Below are positions 1-12,373 of a stretch of DNA of 64,000 nucleotides, piece by piece. The stretch lies in the NCBI RefSeq assembly GCF_038025025.1, contig NW_027117338.1, forward strand, positions 3,224,001 to 3,288,000, written 5' to 3'. Both the position numbers and the translations under genes were made by a program. The notes below the pieces were generated by a model. It was not told where the DNA came from, did not search any database, and saw only the letters and a list, made by a program, of their open reading frames with translations. Numbering within the stretch: position 1 is the first letter of the stretch; every line of letters begins with the position of its first letter. Source of the DNA: Phyllosticta citribraziliensis (Eukaryota).

Positions 1-218
1 GGAGGAGGTGGAGGTAATCTTTTTCTATGTATTTGGCATTTGCGCTCCGTCTCTTTTAGTTTTACAGCTCAGCGTGAGCAGTGAGTGGGTGAGGTGCGCT
101 TCTTTGGCGTGTTCTCGCTCTGGCCTGCTCAGGGGCATGTCTGCCCTGCCTGTCCATCCACCTCCCTCCCCCATGGTGCCTCCACGCTCCCTCCGTTCCT
201 CTCGCAACAGCAGCCCGC

Positions 219-1518
219 TTACTCCGTGGTCGTCTCCGTGGTCGTCTCCGTCGTCGTCTCCGTCCTCTTCTTTTTGATGCCCTCGTCAACCCACTCGCAC
301 GCGCGCCACCCCCTGACGGCCCAATTCTCCTCCAAGGTCTGGCCAGGCGAGAGGTTCTCTCCGATCGACTTGACATTCTCTTTGATCAGGGCGTCGCACT
401 CTTCGAGCGTCTGTGCCGCGAGCTGCGGCTGCGGCATCTTGTCAGACGGGACGAGGAGGCGCTGAGCAAGGGCAACGGCATGGTGGACGGGGATGACGCG
501 CATGAGGCGATGCTCGGCGACCTTGAGGCGCTCGTAGCGGACCTTGATCACCTCCGTCGACGACGGCTTCTGCACAGCGCCGCCGTAGATTTTGATGTTG
601 TTCAGCAGGCGCTCGGCGCCCTGGCGCAGCTCGTCCAGCGCCTTTTCGCGCTCCTCTGGGATCTTTGGCGCGTAGCGGATGTGATGGACGGCCAGCAGCT
701 CGAGGGGCGCGGCGATGGTGAGCGGCAGCGTGCGCAGGTCGCCGGGCTTGACGGCGCGCTCGCCGCCCGCGTGCTCCGGCGCCTCGAGATAATCGGCCAC
801 CTGGCGGACGCCGGTGAGGGCGCGCATGAGGGCGCGGCGCGACCAGCGCCCGGCGACGGCCAACTCTCGCAGGCCCCACAGCAGCGTCGACAGCAGCTCC
901 TCCGTCTGGATGCGGATGCCCGTCTCGTGCGCGCGCTCCACCATGCGCAGCACGGCGTCTTGGTGGCCCTGGAACCATGCCTTGCGCACCACGCTGAGCA
1001 CCTGGCTGGGCGACAGCTTGATTCCCGCCTTTTGGTAGCCCACGAGCAGCCGCTCCACGTTGGCCCAGTCGCTCGGCGTCTGTGCCAGCGTTATCACGCT
1101 CTTGAGCGTCCCCCATTCCGATGGATGGTCCTTTTGCGGGTCGAGCGGCTGCAGTCGGACGTCGGTGCCGCCAATGTGTGCGACTACGGGCTCTTCTTCG
1201 TTTTCGAAGAGCTTTCGGTGTTTTGAGCCATAGACGATTCTGGTTTCCCGCGGCGTCAGATGCTTGGGGATGATGATGCGGTCGCGCGCGATTTGGAGTT
1301 TAGTGTCCAGTTCGTCACTCGAAGACCGGTCGAATTCGGGAATAGCTGGTAGTCATTCGTTAGCCGTGCTCCCAGGACGTGATTTATCATTTCGTGGTTC
1401 ACCGAGAGGGTTGGTGAAATTGGGTTGGCATACTGGCTGGGCGAGCAGCAGTGCTGCTAAAGGTTCGCCGAGTCCATTGTGACAGGGCCGTGCGGCCGAA
1501 TCTTGCTGAAATCCTCAT
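219..1518 (-). CDS. Conserved hypothetical protein with predicted mitochondrial presequence (2 exons; intron ~1346-1433)
   Basis: ATG at 1518 gives MRISARFGRTALSQWTRRTFSSTAARPA (Arg/Ser-rich, no acidic residues). A GTATGC...GCTAAC...CAG intron joins in frame to IPEFDRSSSDELD... and continues into ORF 219..1097. Low-complexity TETTT tail. Confidence 0.75.
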
Positions 1519-1809
1519 GTCGAGGTTGTGCGGGTCCTCAATGATAGATTTCCGGAGAGCGAGGTCAGTTCAAGTCGTCCGCGAGCTTTCGGCGGAGCGC
1601 CCGGTTGCCGCAGTTTTTCCGGCAGCACTTCATGCCTCAGGCCTTTATTCGGTTCCGTCAAAACCTCAATCATGGCACGCACTGCATGACAAGATATTGA
1701 AATTGCTAGTTGCATGTCATGTACTTAGAAAAGTCCTTCTTCTACCCAAGGTAGCTACCGCCTGCAAAGCTACAATTACAAGATTCCGCCCCCTTGATTG
1801 ACCCTCCAT

Positions 1810-3710
1810 CTAAACCGTCTCCCTAAACTCCAAGTCGACCCTTTCATAGTGGTCCAGGAAGCCCTGGAAGATAGCAACCCCGAGTCCAGGGTCCAAGCTA
1901 CCCGTGGTGGCGCGGATGCTGTGCATGCTCAGCTGCGGGATACCAGCGTCAATGGCTCTGATGCCAGTGGCGGCGCTGAGCATGGGCCCAACGGTGCCGC
2001 CGCTACGGCTGTCGTTGCGGATCTGGAAAACCTGCAGCTCCTGCTTGCTCTCTTCGGCAATGCGCTGCATGAGAGCTGTCGACACCGAGTCGGTCGTCAT
2101 GTGGCCGTTGGAATCGGCGGAAAGCACGAGACCAACGTTGAGGCGAGGTGAGTGATGGTCGAGGTAGGCGTTGAGGAAGTTGGGGTTCACAGCGTGAATG
2201 ACGTCGCTGGAGACGATGAACGAGTTGGCAAAGGTTTGCGAGAGAAGCGAGGGCGTCGGGAATCCCGCGAACGAGTCGATGATGCGGTCGATGGTGGCCG
2301 GGAGGAAGTTGGATCTCGCGCCCTGGCGGAGAAGACTGCCAATTTCTTCGTCATCAAAGAGGCCAACAACCTTGATGCCCGAGGAGCTCCTGGTTGCTTG
2401 AGAAGTTTCGGGCTTGACACTGTTCAGAAGAGCCTGGACGGCGGCCCATGAACACAGCTTGTCATCGACGCGGGGAGCAAAGATGAACTCCTTTTCAATA
2501 CCGCCCACTTGAGAAGGCTGTGTGTCAAAGAGTTCCAGCTCCCAGTTGACAATACTGGTCGACTCGATGCCCAGCTGTTTCGAAATGGCCTGAACAAGCT
2601 TTGGCGGCTGCGTTGCAACAAAAGATCTGCCGGGGCGGAAATAGGGTTCAGAGTCCTCAACGCTCTTTCCTCCGTACAAATCGCTGTTGTCGAGCCCGAT
2701 GATGGGCACCATCTGCGTCTCCTTGTTGAATGGTCCTTGCGCCGCAGCGCCAAAGTGAGGAGCCAGTGTGGGAATGCGAGCAACTGCAGTTGTCAGCATT
2801 ATCCTAGACTGCCCCAGATGTGTTTGAAAGGATGTCTAAGCACAACGAAGAATCGCCAGGAAGTATTCAGCTCCTCGCGTCAGTGGTATGAAGCATCTGA
2901 CGACACTTTGAGGTCATCGTTGCGTGTCACACGATATTTCGGCACATGCGGTGTCAACTTACTTGGCCAGTCAAGCTTCACCAGCTTGGAGACAATCTTG
3001 CCCGAGTCTTCCTTCACCAACACTCTTCCGCCAACACCCAGGTCCCTATCCCACCACGTGCTGTTCAGCGCACCCGCATAGGGCGCTACGCCCAGCTGGA
3101 CGTATCCAGACTTTGTTCTTAGTTGTGGGACAGGCTTGAGCCTGGCACACAAAGCATCGATATGACCTGCCAGGATGGCTGCGCCGTTACCTGGCTCGTA
3201 GTCCGGTCCAACAGCGAAGGCAATGAGCGACGATCCATTACGCTCGACATAGTATAGACCGCCCTTGTTCAGCTTCCAGATATCGCGCTCCGACAGCTTC
3301 TTGAAGCCTGCAGCCTCGAGGTCCTTTGCCACTGCGTCGACGGCGTGAAAGACGGTAGGGTTTTGGGTCAAGAAGTCGCAGAATGGCTGCGTATATTCCT
3401 CTGGCTTGACTGTCTTGATCTCTTCGGAGGTCTTCCTGGACGGTTCCAGCTTGGTCGGTGGCTGATGGAGCTCGGGGATAGGCGTCTGGGGCACCTTGGG
3501 AGGCACCGCTGGCGGCTTCGCTTCGGGGACAGGAGCGAGGAATGGCGAGTCCCTGTAGAGAGTTTCGTGGTCGAAAGGTTCGGGGAAAAGGTTTGGCCAG
3601 GCGCGCTGCTCGCGATGGGTCATGTCTGGATGCCAGCTGAACCTCTGGTAAGGCAGATGCATCGAGGCGGAGGACTGGGTCTTGCGGAGAGTGGGGTGGT
3701 TCCTCGTCAT
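1810..3710 (-). CDS. M18-family aspartyl aminopeptidase / vacuolar aminopeptidase I (Ape1/Lap4-like); intron ~2784-2962
   Basis: Motifs NPTVFHAV, GHIDAL, TWWDRDLG, ARIPTLAPHFG, PRVDDKLC, FDDEEIGS, DVIHAVNPN, RSGGTVGP, QLSMHSIR across two exons, with GTAAGT/GCTGAC/CAG splice signals. Confidence 0.93.
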
Positions 3711-4266
3711 GGTATTAGATTTCGAAATGGTCTGTCGGTGCGGATGATGTAAAGCCGAAAGGTACCTGGAGAAGAGGCGAGGAGAGGAAGAGAGGATGGA
3801 GTGAATGAGGAGGAGTGGGTTGGGTACAGTAGGGTGGGTTCTTGGGCGATGAGAGGGTGCCTGGAGTTGCTGGGGGAGCTGCACGTGGTGGTGTGCACGG
3901 GGCATCGGGCGGATTTAGCTTCGAGCTCCCCGGTCCAGGTCACCTAATCCGATTCCTCGACCACCTCTCCTCTCCTCCGTCCGACTTCTCTTCACCCACC
4001 CACCTCAGCATCACTAGACACCCAGACCATCTGTCACAACTTGACTCTGCATTCTCAAACATTGCCCATCTCTCTCCCCTCAAGTTCATGCACGCTGCCG
4101 ACCCTCAAACGCCAACACCACCAATGACGAGCAAACCTCTCAGCATTTCGTGATGCGACCTTCTACATCGGGCAAAAATGAATCATCGAGTCAGCCCCAG
4201 TTTGCGGAGCAAAAGTTTGTTTTCTTTCATCATGTCTCCTTTCATTTTGTAACACTGGGCTACTAC

Positions 4267-5610
4267 TCAGAGCTTCCATCCCTTCCTCGTCGCCAGAGCA
4301 GTTTCCTGTCTCACGCCCAAGTCTTCAAGAATCTCTTCACTTCCTCCTCCTACTACCAACATTCTCAAGTCCCGTGAAATTTGTTCGACAGTCGCGCCCA
4401 CGCCGCTCCTTGTGTATCCGGCGCCGCCAAAAATCTGCTGGGCCTCCCTATTCGCCATCTCCACCAACCTGCCGCCTTGCACCTTGATCAACGCAATTCT
4501 TCCTGCAATGTTGGGATCTTGCCACTTCATCTCGGAGCTTTGCACATGGTACGCAATCTGCTCCAGCCAGGCCCAGTGCGCCTCGACCTCGCGGGCCATG
4601 GTGGCAATCTTGTGCCGTATGATTTGATTCTCAATCAACGGCTTTCCAAACGTCTCTCGCCGGCAGGCGTAGGTGAATGCGTGCGCTAAACACGTCCGCG
4701 CCTTTCGATTCATTCCCACGGCCATGGTGAACCTTTCGCGGTTGAAATTTGTCAAAATCATCTTGAGGCCCTCATTCTCTCGTCCGATGAGATTCTCCGC
4801 AGGAACCCAAACATCCTCCAGCTCGACCCAACTTGCACCTCCGGCCTTTTGCCCGCTGTTTTCGATGCGACGCCAGGAAAGCCCCTGACTGTCCATTGGA
4901 ATCACCAACACGGAAATGCCATTTGCTCCGGACCCTGGCGGCCCGGTCCGCACCGCCGTCACCATGTGCGTCGCCCACGGGATCCCCGTAATCCACTTTT
5001 TAACCCCATTGACGACATACCACTCTTTCCCATCCTCTATCTTCGTCTTTTCTGCCGTCGTCGTCAACGCCGCGACATCGCTTCCTCCTCTAGGCTCTGT
5101 CACGCCAAGCGCAAACGACGTGCTCCAATCAAACAACCTGGGCAACCACTTTCTCTTTTGCTCCTCGCTACCCCAGTGGATGATGGGCGGCGCCGCAATC
5201 ACGCTCGCGCCCTCGAGACTCGTCCCTACGCCACCTTCGATCCGCGAACCCTCGTCCACCATGATCAGGTAGTGAAATGCGTCCAACTCTTCCCATGGGA
5301 TCCCCGCCGGATTTCCTACCCATCCGGGCCGGTACGCCGGAGGCACGTCGCTGTAGGCAACGCCGCTACGTGCCCAGGCAAGTGCTGCATCACGCGGCGC
5401 CGAGCCGGCAGCCTCCCAGTCTAGAGCATAAGGCAAGACGTTGCTGTCAATGAAGGTTCGAAGGGCTGCCTGAAGGCGGTAGTGAGACGGCTTGTAGTAA
5501 TGCGACGAGAGGCTGTGGAAGGCCGGTTCCGCCCATGGGCCATGAGGCGTGCGGTTAGAAGTCTCATGCCCTCCTTCCTTGGTGGGTGACCCCGCTGGTT
5601 TAGGAGTCAT
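4267..5610 (-). CDS. Acyl-CoA dehydrogenase
   Basis: ALGVTEPRGGSDVA, VNGVKKWIT, NFNRERF, RETFGKPLIENQIIRHK, QQIFGGAGY, GGGSEEI motifs. Likely start MTPKPAGS at 5610. C-terminal -WKL weakly resembles PTS1. Confidence 0.92.
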   Translation of the reverse strand: MTPKPAGSPTKEGGHETSNRTPHGPWAEPAFHSLSSHYYKPSHYRLQAALRTFIDSNVLPYALDWEAAGSAPRDAALAWARSGVAYSDVPPAYRPGWVGNPAGIPWEELDAFHYLIMVDEGSRIEGGVGTSLEGASVIAAPPIIHWGSEEQKRKWLPRLFDWSTSFALGVTEPRGGSDVAALTTTAEKTKIEDGKEWYVVNGVKKWITGIPWATHMVTAVRTGPPGSGANGISVLVIPMDSQGLSWRRIENSGQKAGGASWVELEDVWVPAENLIGRENEGLKMILTNFNRERFTMAVGMNRKARTCLAHAFTYACRRETFGKPLIENQIIRHKIATMAREVEAHWAWLEQIAYHVQSSEMKWQDPNIAGRIALIKVQGGRLVEMANREAQQIFGGAGYTRSGVGATVEQISRDLRMLVVGGGSEEILEDLGVRQETALATRKGWKL

Positions 5611-6037
5611 GGTGGTGTTGTGGGATGAAATTGGGCGATTGACACCAAAAGAGTTGTTGAAAGCGACTGGTGAGTGGTTCTTCAACACTGACTGACCGCA
5701 ATAAGAGAAAACATCTGGAACGATACCCTGCCTCGGGTGTGACGTGCAAGCCGGCAGCGAAGACCCCGCCGCCCCGCACTCCACTTTGCCGCTCCAAAAC
5801 AGGAAATGAGCGACGATGGGCTTGAATGGCCTCGGTCGAGGCTCTACTATCTCACTGCAAGGTCGATTGATTTCTTCTGGACCTCGTTTGGAATCTTGAA
5901 AATTCGCTGAATTAAGCATCATCCCTCCTTGGTAAAGGAGGAGTAGTAAGTTTATATACAAGGTTTTTTCTTCTTCTCCGTCTCTTACAACATATCCATC
6001 CGTACAATTGACCTCCCAAACCTTTTCATATCACCCC

Positions 6038-6493
6038 TTAGGGGCACAGCGTCAGCGTAAACGACGCATCCGACGTACAAGTGTACAAATCAGGCTGCAC
6101 AACATCAAAGTTGCCCTGGCCCCCCTGAATAGCATGGCACGCAGAATCGGTACTGCTCATGGAAAACGCATCGCCAACGGGGCTTCCACCATCCTCGTAC
6201 ACATCGTAGTACACGATGGTGCGCTCGAGCCTCGTCTCGTAACCCAGAATCTGACTGGGGTTGTCGCCCTTCCACATCTTGATGCGCCAGCCGTCGGTGC
6301 TGTGCTCGCCGGCCGACGACGAGCCGCCGGACGGGATGCTGAATTGGTTTTGCAGCGTCCGCCCCGTGCTGGTTTGCTGCGTTATCGCCGTCAGGGCGTA
6401 CGCGCAGTTGTTGACGACGTTGGCGGTGCCGACGGCGGCGACGGTGGCTGAGAGGGCCGCGGTGAGGAGGGCGAGGGCGCGGGGAACAAACAT
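6038..6493 (-). CDS. Small secreted Cys-containing protein, Bys1/CalA (thaumatin-like) type, copy 1 (151 aa)
   Basis: Hydrophobic signal peptide, VVNNC, VYYD, C-terminal TLTLCP; 4 Cys. Confidence 0.8.
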   Translation of the reverse strand: MFVPRALALLTAALSATVAAVGTANVVNNCAYALTAITQQTSTGRTLQNQFSIPSGGSSSAGEHSTDGWRIKMWKGDNPSQILGYETRLERTIVYYDVYEDGGSPVGDAFSMSSTDSACHAIQGGQGNFDVVQPDLYTCTSDASFTLTLCP

Positions 6494-7483
6494 GGCGATG
6501 GTTTTGTTGTGTTTGTTGTTTTTCGCGGAAAGGAATTGTTAAGTCGTCGGGGGGTGTAGAGAGAATGCCCCAGCGGATGCGTCGATTTGAGATGAGGAGT
6601 TTGTTTCGAGGTGAGGTACTCAGAGGAAACCCAAAAGAGGAGACTGATTTGCTTTCTAGCTTGCTTGCTGCAGAACACCCACCACCCGACCTCCCTCACA
6701 CAATATATACCTCTCCTCCCTCCTCCACATCTTCCCCCAAACCCCCCAAAACGGCCTCTGCCCTGCCGATCGCGTCCTCCACCGCATCTTTTTTCGCCTG
6801 GCTTGGCTTGGGGGCCGCGGCCAAACCTCTCGGCCCCTTCCGCCCCATCGACCATTAACCATAACTCAAACGAGCTGCCGATCGTCCAAACGAGACGTTC
6901 TGGCCCCCAAAGGCCGAGCGTCTGTGCCAGAAAAGCGGAGGGATCGTCCGCAAGGCGCCGAGATGGGTGACTCGCGAGTCGTAAGGCGCAACCGAACTGT
7001 TGCTGTGTTTGGTTCTCGGCTGTGGGGTTGGGGCGTGAGGTGCGCCAGGCACTGACTCGACGTCGACGGCTTTATAGGGTCGCGAAAAAGTGCTGACTGG
7101 GTTTGTTCTCTTGTTCCTGTTTTCTCTGCTGATAATATATCTAGCTCGAAGTAGTATTATGTCGTTTGTCTCTTGCCAATGGCGTCGAGTTAAGCGGCGA
7201 CGACACCTCAACGAGGACACGGAAGTCAGATTTCGCAGCGAAGAAAAACACGCAAAAGGAGCTGTAGAAGGTGGCTTTGGATGGCCCATTGGACGAGAGC
7301 AGAGTGACATAGGTCTCTTCCAACACATCTGCCTATCCAAAGCGCGCATCAATCTCCCGCGTTCCCTACATACACATTTTACAAATCGCCGCGCCTACCA
7401 AACCAGAAGCAAGGAACCGATCATTCGCACCACCAATTCTCAATACCAGCCTCTCTATCCCAGGTCCCTCCACCCTCAGCCAA

Positions 7484-7924
7484 TCATCCACACAACGTCC
7501 ACGTCAAAGACGCCCCATCCGCACAACTATGCGACGTACTATCCCCAGTCGTTTGATACGGCGTAGTACACGAAGTAGACTGCGCAGGACACGTTATGGG
7601 GACGCAATCGCCATTGCTCGACGCCACCGTGTACGACCCGACGTCGTTGCCGCCGATGCTGGCTACGTCGTAGTACACCATGCCGCCCGCGGCCGTCGCC
7701 TCGAGGATGAGCGGCTTGGCCGCGTCGGTGTAGACGCGCACTTCGAGGGCGTCGGCGCCGTAGGTGATGGGCGCGGCTGTGGCGCCCGCGGCCAGCGTAA
7801 ATGCGCTGCCGGCGTCGAGGGTGAGGGCGTTGGAGCATTGGTTGATGACTGTGATGGTGCCGGTGGCGTGGGCGGTTGTGGATAGAGCTGCCGTGAGGAC
7901 GAAGAGGTGGCGGAGAGAAGACAT
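7484..7924 (-). CDS. Small secreted Bys1/CalA-like protein, copy 2 (~146 aa)
   Basis: MSSLRHLFVLTAALSTTAHA signal, VINQC, VYYD, TWTLCG end; 6 Cys. Confidence 0.8.
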   Translation of the reverse strand: MSSLRHLFVLTAALSTTAHATGTITVINQCSNALTLDAGSAFTLAAGATAAPITYGADALEVRVYTDAAKPLILEATAAGGMVYYDVASIGGNDVGSYTVASSNGDCVPITCPAQSTSCTTPYQTTGDSTSHSCADGASLTWTLCG

Positions 7925-8250
7925 GGTGTAGTTGTGTGAGAGGAATTGGTTGGTGGTGGGTTGGAGAGATTGAAGGTATTCGTGCGGTTGGGATGATTGC
8001 TCCATGGGGAAATGCACGAATTTAAGTACTGTTTTTGGATTTGCTGACTGCTATCTTGCCAGACGCCCCCAACTCGCCAGGGGCTGAAAAGTCACGGCTT
8101 GGTGTGACAGTCTCATCCTTCTTCTCTCCAAATAGACCGACCTCTTCCCGGCGTCTCAGAAACCTTCAGGAACAAGAGCAGAGATGCCATTGACCACAGC
8201 GGCCACGACCGAACTTCCAAAAAATAAACCGTCCGCCTCGAATAATCCAA

Positions 8251-8700
8251 TCACCCGCACAGCGTCCAAGTAAAAGCCGTCCCCGGCGCACACATGTAGG
8301 TCGAATTTTCGTCCGTCGGCGTGATATTCACATCCGCGCCATCAACGCCCGGACAATCGGCACTGCTCGTCGTCAGGACAAAGTCATTGCCGATGGCGCT
8401 CCCGCCGACGCTCTCGAGAAAGTCGTAGTAGACTTCGTTCAAGTTGATAAGGGCCTCAAAGGCCAGGTAGTCGATGCTTGAGTCCGTGTAGGCGCGCAGG
8501 TGCAGCGCGCTGTCGTTGTACTCGAAGGCCGCGGACGTGGCGCCAACGGCGAGTGCCGATGTCGATATTGCGCTGGAGCCGCGGAGCTCGTCGATGGAGA
8601 CTGCGTAGCTGCACTGGTTGACGATGGTGATGGTGTTTGCGGCGTGGGCCGTTGCGGAGAGGGCCGCGGTGAGGAGGGTGAGGAAGCGGAGAGATGGCAT
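8251..8700 (-). CDS. Small secreted Bys1/CalA-like protein, copy 3 (149 aa)
   Basis: MPSLRFLTLLTAALSATAHA signal, IVNQC, VYYD, TWTLCG end; 4 Cys. Confidence 0.8.
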   Translation of the reverse strand: MPSLRFLTLLTAALSATAHAANTITIVNQCSYAVSIDELRGSSAISTSALAVGATSAAFEYNDSALHLRAYTDSSIDYLAFEALINLNEVYYDFLESVGGSAIGNDFVLTTSSADCPGVDGADVNITPTDENSTYMCAPGTAFTWTLCG

Positions 8701-9677
8701 GGTCGTGTTGAGGTGGTTTGTTGGATAGATGTCTTTGGTGGAGTCTGTAGAGATGTTTGAGGTTGATGTGATGATGAGGAGCTGTATGCCCGTTTTTGCA
8801 TGTTTAAATATGCCACTGGACTTCGCGCCGTTGTTGTGCAGTGCTGAGGAAGCGTTCGGTGTGCCGACCTTGTTCTCTTGCCCTAGCCCCTACCTTCCGC
8901 GGATTTCTGCCTACGCATCAACTGATAACAACTAACTATGTCCGCATGGAGCAAAGCAGCGGCCGCTAGATGGTTCAATTGGGAGCTTTGAAATGTTTTT
9001 GTGGGTCATGGTCTGCTACTCCACCTCTAGCGGATGGGGCCGGGGGCCAAAGGCCTTTTCTATTGCTGATCCGGCTATAGGTAGCAGAAGCGAGGTCCGG
9101 TTTTGTCATGGATCTTCGCTGTCTCAAGTCGGGTCGGTGGACAACAGGGCGCTGCTGGGACTACAGCCCTATCGAATGGGTTTGGCCCCCATGCCTCCTG
9201 GCAGGAGCCGGTCGGTGCCTGGCGATCATTAGGGCACGAGTTTGCTCGGCTCTTGCCCTCCGCGGAACCAGTAGCTGGTAGCCAATTGATGAGGGTAGCT
9301 TGGGAGAAGCCCATCTGCTGCCCTGGAAAAATGGTGTAGCCTGGAAGTGTTCCCTCTCGAGGTCGTTCTGCGTTGGAGGCAATCATGGCGAGATTTTTCT
9401 CGCGGCGAGTCAACGTAATAGTTGTGATTTCTCTCCAACCGTAGAGGATAGTGGAAAAAACATGAAAGTCGAAATTGCGATGTTGACAAACGACGTGGTA
9501 GTGGTATGACGTTCTGCTTCACGGGAAAAGGGCGCGATTCAGCGCTAAGCATTAGCGAACCAAACCTGACTAGCATCGCGAACCGCGACAACAACTTCCA
9601 GCAGCGACCAAGTCCACGACGGCACAACGGCCCAATTTGATTTCCGACAAGTAATTTCGACGGTACCCTTTTGGAAA

Positions 9678-11288
9678 ATGGCCGTCTTCGAGGTCTTGAA
9701 GCCAGGGCCAGTCCTGAGCCCACGTCTCGGCTCGCTTTCCCTCCCAGGGAAATCTGCAATCCCAACGCCTCACTACATCGCCAACACTTCACGCGGCGTG
9801 GTACCGCATCTCTCGCAAGACAATCTCGAAAAGCACACAAACATCAATGGACTCTACCTGGGTCTCGAGGACTGTAAGATGCCGCAGCAACCCAACTTCC
9901 GCAGCACACGACACTGATTCCCCTGCTCTCGCGAGCACAGAACAGTCATAGAAAAAGCGCCGCAAGAAACACCTCCCGTCTTCTCAACGCCATGTGAGAA
10001 GGCGCAAGACTCGCCACTGCGCCGCTTCATCGCCGTGCGCGACGAGCAGCTGCTGGTCCTGGGCCCGCGGCGCGTCCCCGCGCTCGACTCGCCCGGCTCA
10101 AACACCAACGCGGGCATCCAGATCCACACCTCCGTCGGCCACCGCGCGCTGTCGTCCGAGTACTACGCCTCGGCCGCCATCAAGCTGTGTCCGGATGTCG
10201 TGGTTGGATTGGGCGATGTCATGCCTGGCCACCCCAACCCCAGTTTGAAGCGTGTCGAGAAGATGGGCGATCGCACGGCCAGGTGGATGAAGGATCTCGT
10301 CGGCGCCGTGTCGCACGCCTCGCGCAACGGCGGCGAGCGCAACGGCAGCAATACGAATGGCGACGGCCATGCTGATGCCAACACCAACGGCATCGACGCA
10401 CCCTCATCTTCATCCCACAGCCCCGCCATCTTCGCGCCCATCCTGCCCATCGAGCCCGAACAGCAGTCCTACTACCTCTCCGACCTCACCTCCTCCCCCC
10501 TATTTCCTCAACTATCCGGCCTGGCACTCTACTCGCCATCCTCCATCGCCTCGATCCCCGCCAAGCTCTCACACCTCCCGCGGCTCTCCCTCTCCAACCC
10601 GCCCACGCCCGCCAAACTGCTGCACGAGATAGCCCAAGGCGTCGACCTCTTCACGCTGCCGCTCGCCGACGCCGCAACCGACGCCGGCATGGCGCTGCTC
10701 TTCTCGTTCCCCGCGCCTGCGCACCCTCCCACCCCTCCGCACAAACTGCCGCTCGCCCTCGACGCCTGGTCCCCCGCCCACGCAACGGCGCTCACGCCCC
10801 CCTCCCCCTGCTGCCCCGCGCCCCGCTGCTACACCTGCCGCACGCACTCGCTCGCCTACCTCGCGCACCTGCTCTCCGCCAAGGAGATGCTCGCCTGGGT
10901 CCTCCTCTCCATCCACAACCACCACGTCCTGGCGCACTTCTTCGCCGGCGTGCGCCGCGTCCTCGCCGCGCCAGACGGCGCCGCGGTATTCGAGGAGGAG
11001 CGGCGGCGGTTTGAGAGGGTGTATGAGGCGGAGTTGCCGGTGAGGACCGGGACGGGGCCCAGGGTCAGGGGGTACATGGTGAGGAGCCGCGGGCCGGGGG
11101 AGGCGCGGCGGAATGAGAGGGGGTTTGCGGGGTTGGCGTTGGGAGAGGGGCAGGGGGAGGGGGAGGGGGAGGGTTCTCAGGCAGTCGAGCAGCCAGACGA
11201 AAACGACGACGTCACGACGCCCGGCGAGGCGGGCGCAGGCGAGGCGCGGCAGCTGGTCGACAGGGGGTTTGCGGTTGTTGAGACGTAG
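9678..11288 (+). CDS. Queuine tRNA-ribosyltransferase accessory subunit (QTRT2/Qtr2-like); intron 9874-9945
   Basis: PRLG...TPHYIANTSRGVVPHLSQD, KRVEKMGDRT, IFAPILP, Zn-site C...CYTC..H, AYLAHLLSAKEMLAWVLLSIHNHH. Confidence 0.88.
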
Positions 11289-11297
11289 ACATTTCTC

Positions 11298-11330
11298 TAC
11301 CTACCTACCTACCTACTTACCTGCCTACCT
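11298..11330. repeat. (CCTA)n microsatellite; a similar degenerate tract lies at ~14791-14845
   Basis: ctacctacctacctacctac read directly. Confidence 0.85.
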
Positions 11331-11894
11331 TATCTAAACGTAGGCAATTAGGCGCAGATGCATGCAGAGCACATGTAATAAATATTCAGCCACCCATCCG
11401 CCTCTCGCCACACATCGCCAGCAGACCGACGTTCGTTTACATACAGGTTGGCAAGGCAGGGCAGCGCAGGTATGGTGGGAGGGAGACCTAGGTCCTAGCT
11501 CTACAAACGGCAGTTTGCCTTCTGCATGCCGTCCTCCTGCCCAGCGGCGGCGGCGGCGGTCGTCTGCACTTGGTTGTAGAGTCTGGTCTGCCTGTCTGTC
11601 TGACTACGGACATGTCCTGTCTGTGCCTGCCATCGTCCTCTCTGATGCCGGCGGCGCCCAAACTAAAGCAAAACAAACCAAACCAGACCCACTGCCGCCA
11701 CCGCCGAACAAAAAGCGCGTCATGCATGCCACGGCATCTCCCGCAAACCGACCCAACTCACTCACCAACTGTGTCTCTCACCTCCGCCCCTTACCCCCCC
11801 GTCCAGATGTCCATCGTCGTTGCCGTCCCCAATAGCCGGGCAGCGCCGCCCTCATCGTCATCATCGGCATCATCGTCGTCACCGAGCCCTTTCT

Positions 11895-11918
11895 GCATGC
11901 ATGCATGCATGCATGCAT
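11895..11918. repeat. (TGCA)n self-complementary microsatellite
   Basis: tgcatgcatgcatgcatgcatgca read directly. Confidence 0.85.
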
Positions 11919-12373
11919 ATGCAAGCAGCGACAGAAACCAAACCAAAACCAAGACGCAGATGCAGACGCAGACAGCAGCTTGGCCTTTGAAGCTTTCCTT
12001 GTTTGTCGATCCGCCGCGCGCGGGAGTGGCGATGTGAGACTGATACCGAGAGTGAGACAGTGAGGTGGTGAGACATGTCAGAGCGCTGTCATTTGATATG
12101 GTGACGCGCTTTGCTTTGCTCTGGGAAAGGCAGGGTAGGGCGGTTGCGAGGTGAGGCGTTGGAGGACATGGCTAGGTTCTGTATGTAGGCGAGTAGGAGA
12201 ATGCCTCCAGTTGCTTGAGATGACCCTATCTGTCTGCGCGCACTCCCTCGCGCTCGAGAGCTTCGCCTGGCGCGTTTGGGCGTCGTGCGAGCGTCTTGGA
12301 ACCGGTAGGGTGACATATTTTGTTGTTGTCGAGGTGCGAATGCCGTCTCGTAAGCTCAATCGCATTGAACAAG

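Noticed and set aside
4267..5961. 564-aa extended acyl-CoA dehydrogenase ORF start
   Set aside because: Upstream extension begins at a non-ATG codon and lacks coding features; ATG 5610 has good context (ACCATG).
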